From positions 5,224 to 69,223 of the IMG/VR virus record IMGVR_UViG_3300033075_000609: a stretch of 64,000 nt of DNA. The stretch is one strand, 5' to 3'. The stretch comes from a virus. Positions 9,440 to 19,752 of the stretch are shown here, piece by piece. The position numbers and the translations under genes were made by a program. The notes under the pieces are model-generated. The model had not been told where the DNA came from. It did no database searches and worked only from the letters and a program-made list of their open reading frames with translations. Position 1 is the stretch's first letter. Every line of letters starts with the position of its first letter.

Positions 9440-11080
9440 ATGTCAACACCAAATTTATTACAACAGGGAGTCCTTGTACAAGACAAGCAGTATTACTCTC
9501 CTAACACACACATTACCGAGAGCAATTTATTTGCTGCTGGTATTAGAAAAGAAGTCCCACCAGATGATTTGGGATTAGTCAAAACATGGACACAAATCTT
9601 TAGAAATGTTCAACCTCTTTACAATTTTGATCAAATTGCAAAAACAACCGTATCTGTAGAATCTGACAAAGGCTTTACTTGGTCTACAGCTATTGCAATG
9701 GAAAATCCAATGATTGTGGAAGATTTATCTGAAACTGAAAAGCCAGGTATTGATGGTCAGGAATTCAAAGTAGCATTTAACAGACCTTTCTCTGTTACTA
9801 ATGTAATTACTTATGATCACATTCATAATGATTTCCAGTTAATTGTAACTCAAGAACCATATAAAGATGGTGATAGATGGGTTCATACTCTAAAAATTGA
9901 TGGTGTAGCAGCTAAAAATGCTTATTTATCAAAAGAGTATTTAACTCCAGGAACTCAATACTACAAAATTACTTCTCGTAGAGGAGATAATAATGACACA
10001 GTGGCTTCCACTTTCCAATCAGAAGTAGGTGAAAGAACTTGGCATTATAGATTATCAAATACAGAGATTGCAAAAGGTTTCTCTATTGATAAAAAATCCT
10101 TAATCATGTTACAACAAGGTAAATCAAAAGATCTTGGACAAGATTACAGAGTTTGGGAACTTTATAAATTTGCACCAGGTTCTGATGCTTACAAATATAT
10201 GTTAGGTGAACCTTCTACTAACATTTCTAAAATTGTAAATGAAGTTTATAAAGGGGATAAATCTGCTGCTAAAAAAGACATCATAGGTAAAAACTGGTTC
10301 ATGGAAATTGAACGTGCTACTATGGATCAATTAATGTATGAGTGGACTATGAACTTAATGTGGGGTACAGGTGGAACTACTTCTATTCAATATGATACTA
10401 TGCAGTCTTCACCAGGTTTGTACTGGCAACATAGAAAATATGGAACTGTTCAAAAATATAACTTATCTACAATGTCTCTTGATTATTTAAGAGCAAGAAT
10501 TGAGTTACATTTTAAACATCGTATTGATTTCCAAGCTGAAGGAGAATTTATTTTCAAAGTAGGTGCAGGTTTATATGAATTCATTCAAAAAGAAATTAAA
10601 AAAGAATTTGGTAATTCAGGAGTAGTTGTTCAAGTTGGAGAATCTGAAAGATTCTTACAAGGTGATAGACAAAACTTGAACTATACAATGAGATTTAATT
10701 CTTTCTTCTTGAAAGCATTCCCTAAAATCAAAATTACTATTGTTCACGAACCTGCATTAGATCCAGTATTTGCTAACAATATTTCTAACCCTATCATTGA
10801 TAGACACTATAGATTATCATCTTTTACAGGTATTATCTATGACTTAAATGATATTGAAGCAGATAATATTAAATTGGTTAAATGGGCATATGACGATAAG
10901 TTAAGATACCAAAAATTAATTGGAAATATTGACTGGAATGATCAAAATGCTACCTTCATTTCAAGTGGTAATTTCTCAGGTGTTAAAGGGACTATGTCAA
11001 TGAGACACGCTAACATGTGGTTAGTAGATCCAACAAAATCCTTAATGTTTGAGTTGATTAACCCAAAAACAGGTAAATAA
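9440..11080 (+). CDS. major capsid protein (crAss-like)
   Basis: KPGIDGQEFKV, NLMWG, PGLYWQ, HEPALD, DPTKS motifs; synteny; followed by a terminator. Confidence 0.9.
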   Translation: MSTPNLLQQGVLVQDKQYYSPNTHITESNLFAAGIRKEVPPDDLGLVKTWTQIFRNVQPLYNFDQIAKTTVSVESDKGFTWSTAIAMENPMIVEDLSETEKPGIDGQEFKVAFNRPFSVTNVITYDHIHNDFQLIVTQEPYKDGDRWVHTLKIDGVAAKNAYLSKEYLTPGTQYYKITSRRGDNNDTVASTFQSEVGERTWHYRLSNTEIAKGFSIDKKSLIMLQQGKSKDLGQDYRVWELYKFAPGSDAYKYMLGEPSTNISKIVNEVYKGDKSAAKKDIIGKNWFMEIERATMDQLMYEWTMNLMWGTGGTTSIQYDTMQSSPGLYWQHRKYGTVQKYNLSTMSLDYLRARIELHFKHRIDFQAEGEFIFKVGAGLYEFIQKEIKKEFGNSGVVVQVGESERFLQGDRQNLNYTMRFNSFFLKAFPKIKITIVHEPALDPVFANNISNPIIDRHYRLSSFTGIIYDLNDIEADNIKLVKWAYDDKLRYQKLIGNIDWNDQNATFISSGNFSGVKGTMSMRHANMWLVDPTKSLMFELINPKTGK

Positions 11081-11094
11081 GAAATTTTATATAA

Positions 11095-11128
11095 AGTGGA
11101 GGGTAGAAAAAAGCCCTCCACTATTTTT
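11095..11128 (+). terminator. intrinsic terminator after MCP
   Basis: AGTGGAGGG / CCCTCCACT stem followed by ATTTTT. Confidence 0.8.
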
Positions 11129-11151
11129 GTAAGAAAAATAAATTAAGAAAA

Positions 11152-12129
11152 ATGGCAACAATGATTATTAAGCCTTATGTGGATAAGGAAAAAGACACAA
11201 TTGGATTGAGTGATTTAGGTATGAACTCTTTCCCAAGAACAAGTACAACTACCGAAGTTCCTATTATTTATGGTAAATATTTAACAGGATTTGACAAAAA
11301 TGCCTTTTATTTAGATTCTATTCAAGATGAAAAACTAAAAGCGAAAGAAATTAAAGCAATTGAACAAAAAGTAAAAGATTTCAATTCAAAATATCCTCAC
11401 TTTAAAGTAGATGATGTTATAGTTGAAAGATTACCTGATGGCTCAATTAAGGCAAATCCTTTTTATTTGGAAATGCTTATTGAACTCAAAGCAGAAATGA
11501 CAATCTTGAATTCAGATAACCCTGAACATCAAGTAATGATGGAAATTATTAAAGTAAATGCTAAGTATAATCCTTCATTTGATGTAGCTCCAGATTTAGT
11601 AACTGCCAGAGAATCAAACAGATCTTACAAATTTTACATTTCTAATACCGAAGTAGATGTAGAAAATGAAGTAATAAAAAAGAAAGAACTCAATAAAGCA
11701 ATAACTTTATTGGATACTATCTCATCAGAGGATAAAGAAAGATTTTTATTAGTAGTAAAACATTTGTTACCTGCTAATAAAGGATTAAGTACAGAATCTG
11801 ATATGAGATTATATAAAAGAGCAGATGATTACATTAATGGTATAATTGATGGAGAGAAGGCTAAAGGAGGAGAAACATTCTATAGAAATTTCATAAAAGT
11901 TTGTGAAATGGATAGGGATTCATTATATAATAAAGTCTTAATTAAATATGCTATTATGACTAATATAATTAGATTCAATAGTAAAACTAAGGATTTTGAA
12001 TATGCAACTACTTCTCAAGAATTAGGTAAAACCCCTGAAGATATCTTTAATTATTTGACTCAACCTAAAAATATGTCTATTTTAGGAGATATAGATGCAG
12101 AAGTAAAAAGAGAGGTTAAAATTATTTAA
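11152..12129 (+). CDS. conserved crAss-like protein following MCP ('gene 75'-like)
   Basis: Synteny and size; YLTG and LG.T motifs. Confidence 0.6.
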   Translation: MATMIIKPYVDKEKDTIGLSDLGMNSFPRTSTTTEVPIIYGKYLTGFDKNAFYLDSIQDEKLKAKEIKAIEQKVKDFNSKYPHFKVDDVIVERLPDGSIKANPFYLEMLIELKAEMTILNSDNPEHQVMMEIIKVNAKYNPSFDVAPDLVTARESNRSYKFYISNTEVDVENEVIKKKELNKAITLLDTISSEDKERFLLVVKHLLPANKGLSTESDMRLYKRADDYINGIIDGEKAKGGETFYRNFIKVCEMDRDSLYNKVLIKYAIMTNIIRFNSKTKDFEYATTSQELGKTPEDIFNYLTQPKNMSILGDIDAEVKREVKII

Positions 12130-12833
12130 TGATTAGCAGTTTAGATATTGCCCTTAAAATTAGGCAAAGATTAAATAAAGTAGATACTCAGGATGATGAA
12201 AATCTTCCACTTTATGTAATAGTAGAAGCTTATAATAAGGGTCAGCTAAATGTAGTCAATAGATTATTAAATAAAAATAATATCTATAAAACAGGTGCTG
12301 AATCTACAATTAATAGTGTAGATGATTTACAAGTACTACTAAATTCTGAACCAAAAGTTTTAACTTCAATAAAAAAAGAAGGATACTATTTAACAGAAGC
12401 TCTTCCAGAAAATTATCTACGTTATACAAGAACTACCTGTATAGGTAAAACAGCAAAATGTAAAGCAAAAGAGATATTTATCTATTTACAGGAAGAAGCT
12501 AATTTAAACACACTTTTAGATAATAATCTTGTAAACCCTTCTTTTGAGTGGGCAGAAACAATAGGTACAATAGCTGAAAATAGAATAAAAGTGTTTACTC
12601 AGAACAAATTTGATATAACTAAGGTTTATTTAACCTATTATAAAAAACCAAGAAATATTGACATAGTAGGTTATTTTAAAAAAGATGGTAATCCATCTAC
12701 AACCATAGATCCAGAATTAACTGATGACATGGTAGAAATGTCAATAGATGAAGCATGTAGAATATTATCAGGAGATATGCAAAATCAATTTAGTAATCAA
12801 ATTGCTCAACAAAATTTGCAAAATACAAAATAA
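12129..12833 (+). CDS. head-tail ring/adaptor protein ('gene 74'-like)
   Basis: RLNKVD, YNKGQ, PSFEW, LTYYKKP motifs; synteny. Confidence 0.7.
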   Translation: MISSLDIALKIRQRLNKVDTQDDENLPLYVIVEAYNKGQLNVVNRLLNKNNIYKTGAESTINSVDDLQVLLNSEPKVLTSIKKEGYYLTEALPENYLRYTRTTCIGKTAKCKAKEIFIYLQEEANLNTLLDNNLVNPSFEWAETIGTIAENRIKVFTQNKFDITKVYLTYYKKPRNIDIVGYFKKDGNPSTTIDPELTDDMVEMSIDEACRILSGDMQNQFSNQIAQQNLQNTK

Positions 12834-12838
12834 AAGAT

Positions 12839-12854
12839 TATATTATAACTGAAG
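12839..12854 (+). promoter_or_regulatory. degenerate copy of the putative late-promoter motif
   Basis: TATATTATAACTGAAG in an intergenic gap. Confidence 0.3.
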
Positions 12855-12912
12855 AAAGATCTTAACACAATTTTAAAAGAAAGATAACTAATAAAAAAAC
12901 AATTTTTAAAAA

Positions 12913-14853
12913 ATGACAAATTCAGCTCAATCAACAACCTTTAACTACTTTGTAGGTTCTGGTTTAGTGTTAACTGACACTACTAAAACTACTGCTGACC
13001 TAGTACCTTTACAATTAGGTATTTTCAACAGTAAAAATTACAAAGCTCTTGCTAATCAAACTTCTTCTAAGGTAGTACCTGAGATTATTGTAGCAATGGG
13101 TTCGCCAAATGAAGAAAAAATTTCATGGACTAATGCAGCTATGAGTTTTAAATCTGTTCCTATTCGAGCAGATAAATTAATTGCATGGAGAAAATCTACT
13201 CCTAAAAAAGCTCAAAACCATAAAGTAGCTATTGGATGGGATGGAACTTCTGATTGTAAAACTATTGAAGTTACATGTGATGAAACTTATACTCTGTTTT
13301 TACAGGTAGAAGGTTCTCCTTCAACTAGATTTTTTGGAGCAAAACCTTTAACAGAAACATTTGTTGTACAAACAGGTTGCTGTGAAGATTGTGCTTCAGG
13401 ATGTTCTGCTGATGTAGAAGCTGTAGTAGATAATTTTGTAGGACAAATTAATAAACACCCACGTATGTCTCCTTCTGTAAAGGCAGAAAAATTGGTTTCT
13501 TATACAGAAGATCCTACTGCTGATACTGTAGATTATGAATCTTATACTTTAACTATTGCTGATGAAGGTGGAATTCAAGAATTAGCAGCTATTCAAGCTA
13601 CTTACCCTAGTGCAACTGTTACTCGTACAGGAAGAACAGGTATTTTATCTACTTACACCTTAATTCAATTGGAATCTGAATCAGCACCTGCTGACTACAG
13701 TAATCAATCTAATACAGTTATTTCTAATTGTTCAGATTGTCCTTCAGGTTATTCTTTAGTAGAAAAAACTTATAAATATAAAGTTCAAAAACAAGATGCA
13801 GGTACTTCTAGTAATTTAACAACTATTCAATCTGGCTATTCAGATTCAGGAGCTTACAGACTTTCTTATGTAAATGGAGAATCTACTTATGTAGTTACAA
13901 ATACTACTGGTACTACTCCCTCTGCGGCAGTAGCAGGAGATATTGTTACATACATAGGTTATAATGCTCCTTATTGTGAATTAGATACTGCAACTACTAC
14001 AGCTTGGGAAGCATCTGATGCTTACTACAAAACTGTAAGAGATCTTTGCCTAGTATTAGGAGATGATGTATGTGATGATGTATCAGGTACTTCTCAATTA
14101 GCAGCTATAACAGCATTTTACTCAGGTAATTCTTCTGTAGTTTCTGGTTCAATTGCTCAATCTGATAATGGTACTTGTGCAAATACTTATACTATTTCTC
14201 AGGTTTCTGATAATCTGATGAAAACAGGGTGTACTACTGATATTCCAGTATTCTCTAATCTTGATCCTTATAAAAATTCTTATTGGACAGTTTGTTGTGA
14301 TGCAGAATCTACAGCAGGTACAGTAGATAAAATAGGTATTGTTTTAACAGGTGCTTATGTAGATACTAAATTTGGAACTTGTTCATTCAAATATGACGAT
14401 TTTGTAGAATTGGATTTACCAAGAATTATAGTTAGACAAGGTGACTTTGTAGAATTAGAAAACAAATGTTCTACTCGTTGGGCAGTAACAGAGTTGCAAG
14501 CTCCAGTTTATCCAACAGGTGTAGGGACAAATGTTAAAAAAGAATACATTGATATTATGTCTACTAAAGGACAAAAATGGTCAGATGATCCACGTTGGAG
14601 AGAAATTTATGGTTACAACTATGATTTCATCAAAGCAGGTAAATTCTACAAACATTTCTATCTTGAATTTGAAGCATTGGATAAATACTTTACTTCTACG
14701 GGATTTGGAGGAAATGATTTTAAACAAACAATTGTCTTTGCTTTTGAAGAAGATGTAGATACTACAAATTTTGAAAAATTACTTGAAGGCTGGATTAGTT
14801 CTGCAAGACCTGATTTAATTGATAGTGATACTCAAGATAACTTATATAGATAA
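12913..14853 (+). CDS. structural protein, probably auxiliary capsid protein ('gene 73'-like), Cys/Thr-rich
   Basis: Synteny after the ring gene; beta-rich composition; followed by a terminator. Confidence 0.6.
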   Translation: MTNSAQSTTFNYFVGSGLVLTDTTKTTADLVPLQLGIFNSKNYKALANQTSSKVVPEIIVAMGSPNEEKISWTNAAMSFKSVPIRADKLIAWRKSTPKKAQNHKVAIGWDGTSDCKTIEVTCDETYTLFLQVEGSPSTRFFGAKPLTETFVVQTGCCEDCASGCSADVEAVVDNFVGQINKHPRMSPSVKAEKLVSYTEDPTADTVDYESYTLTIADEGGIQELAAIQATYPSATVTRTGRTGILSTYTLIQLESESAPADYSNQSNTVISNCSDCPSGYSLVEKTYKYKVQKQDAGTSSNLTTIQSGYSDSGAYRLSYVNGESTYVVTNTTGTTPSAAVAGDIVTYIGYNAPYCELDTATTTAWEASDAYYKTVRDLCLVLGDDVCDDVSGTSQLAAITAFYSGNSSVVSGSIAQSDNGTCANTYTISQVSDNLMKTGCTTDIPVFSNLDPYKNSYWTVCCDAESTAGTVDKIGIVLTGAYVDTKFGTCSFKYDDFVELDLPRIIVRQGDFVELENKCSTRWAVTELQAPVYPTGVGTNVKKEYIDIMSTKGQKWSDDPRWREIYGYNYDFIKAGKFYKHFYLEFEALDKYFTSTGFGGNDFKQTIVFAFEEDVDTTNFEKLLEGWISSARPDLIDSDTQDNLYR

Positions 14854-14879
14854 TAGTTTTCATTTAATTTGATTTGATA

Positions 14880-14914
14880 GGAAGGGTTGGTTGGAATATA
14901 TCAACCCTTTCTTT
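14880..14914 (+). terminator. intrinsic terminator
   Basis: AAGGGTTG / CAACCCTT stem followed by TCTTT. Confidence 0.7.
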
Positions 14915-14930
14915 AATTTAAAGAAATACC

Positions 14931-15695
14931 ATGCAACATATAGTAGAAAAAGGAGAAACATTAATGGCAATTGCTAAAGAGTATAATACTTCTTTAGCTG
15001 AAATTATTCAAGTCAATAAGTTAAAAAATCCAAATAATATTCAAATAGGTCAAGTCATAGAGATACCTAATCCTGAACCTAAGTTAATAACTCATTCTAT
15101 ACTAACTTCTAAAAATATAAATGAAAAAATAGACAAATTTTTAAACTTTATAGAAGGTAAAAAACTAAAAAGACCTTTAACTTCTTTAGGAAGAGAATCT
15201 ATAAAGTTAATTTTTCAGAAATGTTTAGAATTAAAAGTTACAGATTTAAGAATGGTTTCTTATATATTAGCTACAGCTCATTGGGAAACAGGGGCTTATG
15301 GACAAAGATATATTTATGAACCAGTTCCTGAACAAGGTAAAGGTAGAAATAGACCTTATGGAGTTCCTCATAAAAAAACAGGTAAAATATACTATGGAAG
15401 AGGATTTATTCAATTAACTTGGTTTGATAATTATGAAAGATTTACTAAAATTTTATATAGACTAGGATTTGAAGTAGATTTAATGTCTAATCCAGATTTG
15501 GCATTAAAACCTGAAATAGCTGTTCTTATATTAGTTATAGGAATGAGGGATGGCAAGTTTACAGGAGCAGATTTAGATGATTACTTTGATCCTATTAAAT
15601 CAGATTGGTATAATGCTCGTAAAATAATTAATAAATTAGATAAAGCTGTCATAATAGCAGATATAGCTAAAGAAATACATTACATAATAAAATGA
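14931..15695 (+). CDS. LysM + glycoside hydrolase family 19 endolysin
   Basis: N-terminal LysM (VEKGETLMAIA..N.L.NPN.I.IGQ.I.IP); GH19 motifs YILATAHWET, YYGRGFIQLTW..NY, NPDLAL, ARKIIN. Confidence 0.88.
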   Translation: MQHIVEKGETLMAIAKEYNTSLAEIIQVNKLKNPNNIQIGQVIEIPNPEPKLITHSILTSKNINEKIDKFLNFIEGKKLKRPLTSLGRESIKLIFQKCLELKVTDLRMVSYILATAHWETGAYGQRYIYEPVPEQGKGRNRPYGVPHKKTGKIYYGRGFIQLTWFDNYERFTKILYRLGFEVDLMSNPDLALKPEIAVLILVIGMRDGKFTGADLDDYFDPIKSDWYNARKIINKLDKAVIIADIAKEIHYIIK

Positions 15696-16237
15696 TAAGC
15701 CAATTAGATATATACATAGAAAAAATACTGAATCCTAAGTTATTAATAGTTAAGGATGCTTCGTGGTATAATCCTGATATAGCAGTAACTAATGCCAAAT
15801 TAGATTTACAATATCCAAATTCTTTAGATTACGTTAATATTCCTGTAGGAAAGAATTTTACTTATGTAATTAATTCCAATACTATAGGATTAACAAATGT
15901 AACCAGGACAGATGCTTTATCTGAATTACCTGATGGTCTTTGGACTATTAAATATTCTATTTGTCCTAATGATGAATTGTATGTGGAATACACATTTTTA
16001 AGGAACATTAAACAATTGATAAAATATCACAATTTATTTTGTCAAATTGAAATAGATAAATGCAACAAAAAACATTACTTGGAAGACTTAAAAACTATAA
16101 GAAGTATTAAAGATATAATTGATGCTGCTCAGTATTTAGCAGATGACTGTGGTAAGTATGAAAAAGCAATTGAGTTATATAATTATGCAGATAGTCTTTT
16201 AAATGAATTTACTAAAGATTGTAAATGTGGTAAATAA
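15692..16237 (+). CDS. putative tail hub/structural protein
   Basis: LPDGLWTIKYS Ig-like part plus Cys-containing helical C-terminus; position. Confidence 0.5.
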   Translation: MISQLDIYIEKILNPKLLIVKDASWYNPDIAVTNAKLDLQYPNSLDYVNIPVGKNFTYVINSNTIGLTNVTRTDALSELPDGLWTIKYSICPNDELYVEYTFLRNIKQLIKYHNLFCQIEIDKCNKKHYLEDLKTIRSIKDIIDAAQYLADDCGKYEKAIELYNYADSLLNEFTKDCKCGK

Positions 16238-16521
16238 TGAAATGTTCAATTTGTGGATATAGAGCTGATTGTCCATGTGAGTTTGATGGAGGAGTTTGCT
16301 GGACTTGTAAATTTGGAGGTAAAAGAGTTAATAATAAAATAGTTGATAATTATTGTAATCAAACTTTGGAAAATCTAAGGTATTTACAATTTATGTTACT
16401 TCCTCTAAATACTGACAAATTAAAAGCTTATCAATTAGCTGTAGTTAATTCTCAAATTAAACAATTTGATGTAAATCCATGCAGATTTAAAGGAATAATT
16501 GATCAAATTTTAGTAAATTAA
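16237..16521 (+). CDS. small Cys-rich protein
   Basis: N-terminal CxxC..CPC..CxxC. Confidence 0.6.
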   Translation: MKCSICGYRADCPCEFDGGVCWTCKFGGKRVNNKIVDNYCNQTLENLRYLQFMLLPLNTDKLKAYQLAVVNSQIKQFDVNPCRFKGIIDQILVN

Positions 16522-16523
16522 TA

Positions 16524-16835
16524 ATGAGGATAAATATTGAAACACTTGAAAGTATATTAAGTAAACTTAAATGTAAGTTTGCTGAAAGTATTTATAGTTC
16601 TTTCATAAAAGAACAATACTCTTTAAAAGGTTGTACAGATACTGTAGACATAGATGAATTAAGAGATTATATTTTAATAATGGAAGAAAAAATTAAGTTA
16701 TTAAAATATAACTTTAAAAAATCTAGTTGTGATTTAGAACCTATTAGATTAAATAAAACAAGTATAGAGTTTTTCTATGAAAAAGAAAAGTTCTTGACTG
16801 GATGTGACAGAAAATTTTTAGAAAAAATACTATGA
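16524..16835 (+). CDS. putative tail hub/structural protein
   Basis: Small helical Cys-containing ORF in the tail module. Confidence 0.45.
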   Translation: MRINIETLESILSKLKCKFAESIYSSFIKEQYSLKGCTDTVDIDELRDYILIMEEKIKLLKYNFKKSSCDLEPIRLNKTSIEFFYEKEKFLTGCDRKFLEKIL

Positions 16836-18040
16836 CTAAAATAAAAAATAACTCTCCTCTTATAAATATTAGTTCTACAAATCAAATAAAATATGTAGGA
16901 AATATCCCAACTTGTGCATTAACAGGGGATTGTTCAGTGGATGAAACTAATTTAACTTATTTAATTTCTATTTTATTAACGAGATACTGCGAGGAAAATA
17001 ATGTAATAGACGCTGATTTATCTTCAGTAGATTTAACTTGTTTAATATCAAATAATCCAGATATTGAATTACCTGATGATGTAACCATTGAGACTTTATC
17101 TATTTATTACAAAAATCATATATGTGCATTATATACACAAATTTCTGATTTACAAACTACAGTAGATTCTTTATTGGGAATCACTTGTTTAAATGATATT
17201 GTTCAGGTTGATGAAAATGATTCTGTAATAATAGACCCTTTATTTAATGATATTACAGATGAAGTATCAGGAACTGTAGTAGTGACTATAATGTCTGCTC
17301 CTATAAATGGAACTGCTGTAGTTGCATCTAATAAAATAACATACACCCCTGATACTGATTTTTTTGGTAATGATCAGATTACTTATCAAGTTACCAAAGG
17401 TTCATATTCTTGTAGTGCAAAAATATCTATAAAGGTAAATGAAATTGTTTCTACTGAAACCATCACAGAATTAGTAATTGAGCAAATAACCACCATCCTT
17501 CAATCAGATGAATATTGGGATATAGGTATTCCTGTAGGAACTAAAATGGCTATTAATGAATCAAATCTTTCTTCATTTAATCTTGTAGGAGGTTCTTGGG
17601 GAGCAGGTTCAGGTAAATGGGCTAAATGGGCTATAGCTAATGGTAATAATGGTACAGATGATCAAAGAGGATTAACTACAAGAGGATATGATGTAAATGA
17701 TTCTGATTATGATGATGCATCTTCTACTAATTCAGGAGGTTCAGATTCTGTAACTTTAGATATTACAAATATACCCCCCCATAGACATGGACAAGTATAT
17801 GTTCTTAGGGATGAAAATCAAATATCAACTACTCTATTTGGTGCAGATAAATCTTCCCCTATTACTTATGCGAGTAATGAAGCTGATGATAGTGGAGGTC
17901 AAGATTGTAAGTATGTATTAACAAATACATCAGATGGAACAGAAAATTATAATAGTCAAGATGAATTACAATCTTCTCCTTCTGCATTTAGTGTAATAAA
18001 TACTTTCTTTACAGAAATTAAAATTCAAAAAATTCTATAA
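16832..18040 (+). CDS. tail fibre-type protein with Ig-like (Big_9-like) and collar-like domains
   Basis: ND...PINGTAVV..ITYTPDTDFFGNDQITYQV; WAIANGNNGT..RG...GGSDSVTL..NIPPHRH. Confidence 0.75.
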   Translation: MTKIKNNSPLINISSTNQIKYVGNIPTCALTGDCSVDETNLTYLISILLTRYCEENNVIDADLSSVDLTCLISNNPDIELPDDVTIETLSIYYKNHICALYTQISDLQTTVDSLLGITCLNDIVQVDENDSVIIDPLFNDITDEVSGTVVVTIMSAPINGTAVVASNKITYTPDTDFFGNDQITYQVTKGSYSCSAKISIKVNEIVSTETITELVIEQITTILQSDEYWDIGIPVGTKMAINESNLSSFNLVGGSWGAGSGKWAKWAIANGNNGTDDQRGLTTRGYDVNDSDYDDASSTNSGGSDSVTLDITNIPPHRHGQVYVLRDENQISTTLFGADKSSPITYASNEADDSGGQDCKYVLTNTSDGTENYNSQDELQSSPSAFSVINTFFTEIKIQKIL

Positions 18041-18237
18041 TGACAAATTGCTCAACAATAACAATATCTACTTGTCCTGATGATTCAACATGTGAAGGAT
18101 GTAAAGAAATTATTAAATCTCAATGTATAAAATATACAGGCGATGATTTAGCCGCATTAGGTGTAGATAAGGGAGATACCTTAAATGAAATATTAATTAA
18201 ATTAAACTTAATAGTAACAGAACTAAGTGGTTCTTAA
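18040..18237 (+). CDS. small Cys-rich fibre-attachment-like protein
   Basis: CIKYTGDDL...GDTLNEIL, similar to the N-terminus of the next ORF. Confidence 0.6.
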   Translation: MTNCSTITISTCPDDSTCEGCKEIIKSQCIKYTGDDLAALGVDKGDTLNEILIKLNLIVTELSGS

Positions 18238-18249
18238 AAATAAATAAAT

Positions 18250-19752
18250 ATGGCTTGTGATGAATGCCCAGAAACTCCTGATACAGGATGTTTACAAAAT
18301 ATAACAACTGAATGCGTTACTTATAACGGAGAGGATGTTACATGTGCTGATATATCTTCAGGACAATCTTTAAATCAAGTAATTGAACAATTAGGTAATA
18401 ATGATTGTGATATTAAAGAATTAATAGAGGATATAAATCAAGATATAGAAGAATTAAGTGGTAGTGTTGTGACACTTCAAACAATTGTAACAGATTTAGG
18501 GGATGATATTAATATTGATTTAGATGATATTAAAAATGACATTAATGACATTAATGAACAATTATCTGGAATTAATTCTTTTACTTGTGAGGATCTAAGT
18601 GGTTGCACATTAGATGAATTATCTGATGCAGATTATACTCATGTATCTGGAGATGTTTTAATGTCAGATGGATCTAAATGGATTAATTACACTCTTACCA
18701 TCCCAGAACAATATGAGTTTTCATGTGAAGATTTATCAGGATGTACTTTAGATGATTTAGGGAATGTAATTGAAACTGCAAGTGCAGCAGGAGATTCATT
18801 GTTATTTAATGGTACAAATTGGGTTAATCAACCATTTAGTTCGTTATTTTCAGCATCAAATGGTTTAACAAAATCAGGTATCAATACTAAATTAGGGGGA
18901 ACTCTTACAGAGAATACAAATATTGTTACCAGTACTTATACTTTATCTGTTTCAAAAGATATCTCTTCAGGAATCAATACAAGTTATTATCCTTTATATG
19001 CTGCCAATAGCATAAAGACAGGTGGATCAGAAACAACAAAAACTGCAAAAGCTTGTTATTCTGGAGCTTTAGGTATAGACTTAACATCTAATTTAACTCC
19101 TTATTCTGCTGGCTACAAACATGGAGTATTCTCAGGAACTATTTATAAAGGAGGAACATTTAATTGGTTAGGTAAATTACCTGTTTATTTTGCAGAACAA
19201 GAACATTATTCTTCAGGGGATACTACCTGGGCAATTGCTTATTTAGCAAATCCTCCTTCTCAATATGGAGCAGGAGCAGCTTTTACAGGTACTATTACTA
19301 ATGCAGTAGGTTTATATATAGAAGATATAAATGCTTCTAATATTACAAGTAAAATAACTAATAAATATGCTATATATCAAAAAGGAGCTTCAGATATTTC
19401 TATATTTTTTGGGGAAGTACAAAATGCAGGAGGAGTAACTCAATTTACTTCAGATGCTCGAATAAAAGAAAATATTCAAGAATATACAAGAGGACTATCT
19501 GAGATTGAGCAAATAAATACAAAAACATTTAATTATACTTATAAAAAAGATAAACCCTTAGTTGGAATAATTGCTCAAGAATTAGAAAATATAATTCCTG
19601 AAGCTGTTAAACAAGGTAATTTTGAAACACCTGAAGGAGAAAGTTATTCTGATTTCAGAATGATAGATCAGAATTACTTAATATATACATTAATAAATGC
19701 AGTAAAAGAACTTTCACAAAAAGTAAAAACATTAGAAAATGGAATTGAATAA
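18250..19752 (+). CDS. tail fibre with C-terminal intramolecular chaperone (peptidase S74)
   Basis: TSDARIKENI...GIIAQELE..PEAV...LINAVKEL; internal CEDLSGCTLD repeat. Confidence 0.85.
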   Translation: MACDECPETPDTGCLQNITTECVTYNGEDVTCADISSGQSLNQVIEQLGNNDCDIKELIEDINQDIEELSGSVVTLQTIVTDLGDDINIDLDDIKNDINDINEQLSGINSFTCEDLSGCTLDELSDADYTHVSGDVLMSDGSKWINYTLTIPEQYEFSCEDLSGCTLDDLGNVIETASAAGDSLLFNGTNWVNQPFSSLFSASNGLTKSGINTKLGGTLTENTNIVTSTYTLSVSKDISSGINTSYYPLYAANSIKTGGSETTKTAKACYSGALGIDLTSNLTPYSAGYKHGVFSGTIYKGGTFNWLGKLPVYFAEQEHYSSGDTTWAIAYLANPPSQYGAGAAFTGTITNAVGLYIEDINASNITSKITNKYAIYQKGASDISIFFGEVQNAGGVTQFTSDARIKENIQEYTRGLSEIEQINTKTFNYTYKKDKPLVGIIAQELENIIPEAVKQGNFETPEGESYSDFRMIDQNYLIYTLINAVKELSQKVKTLENGIE

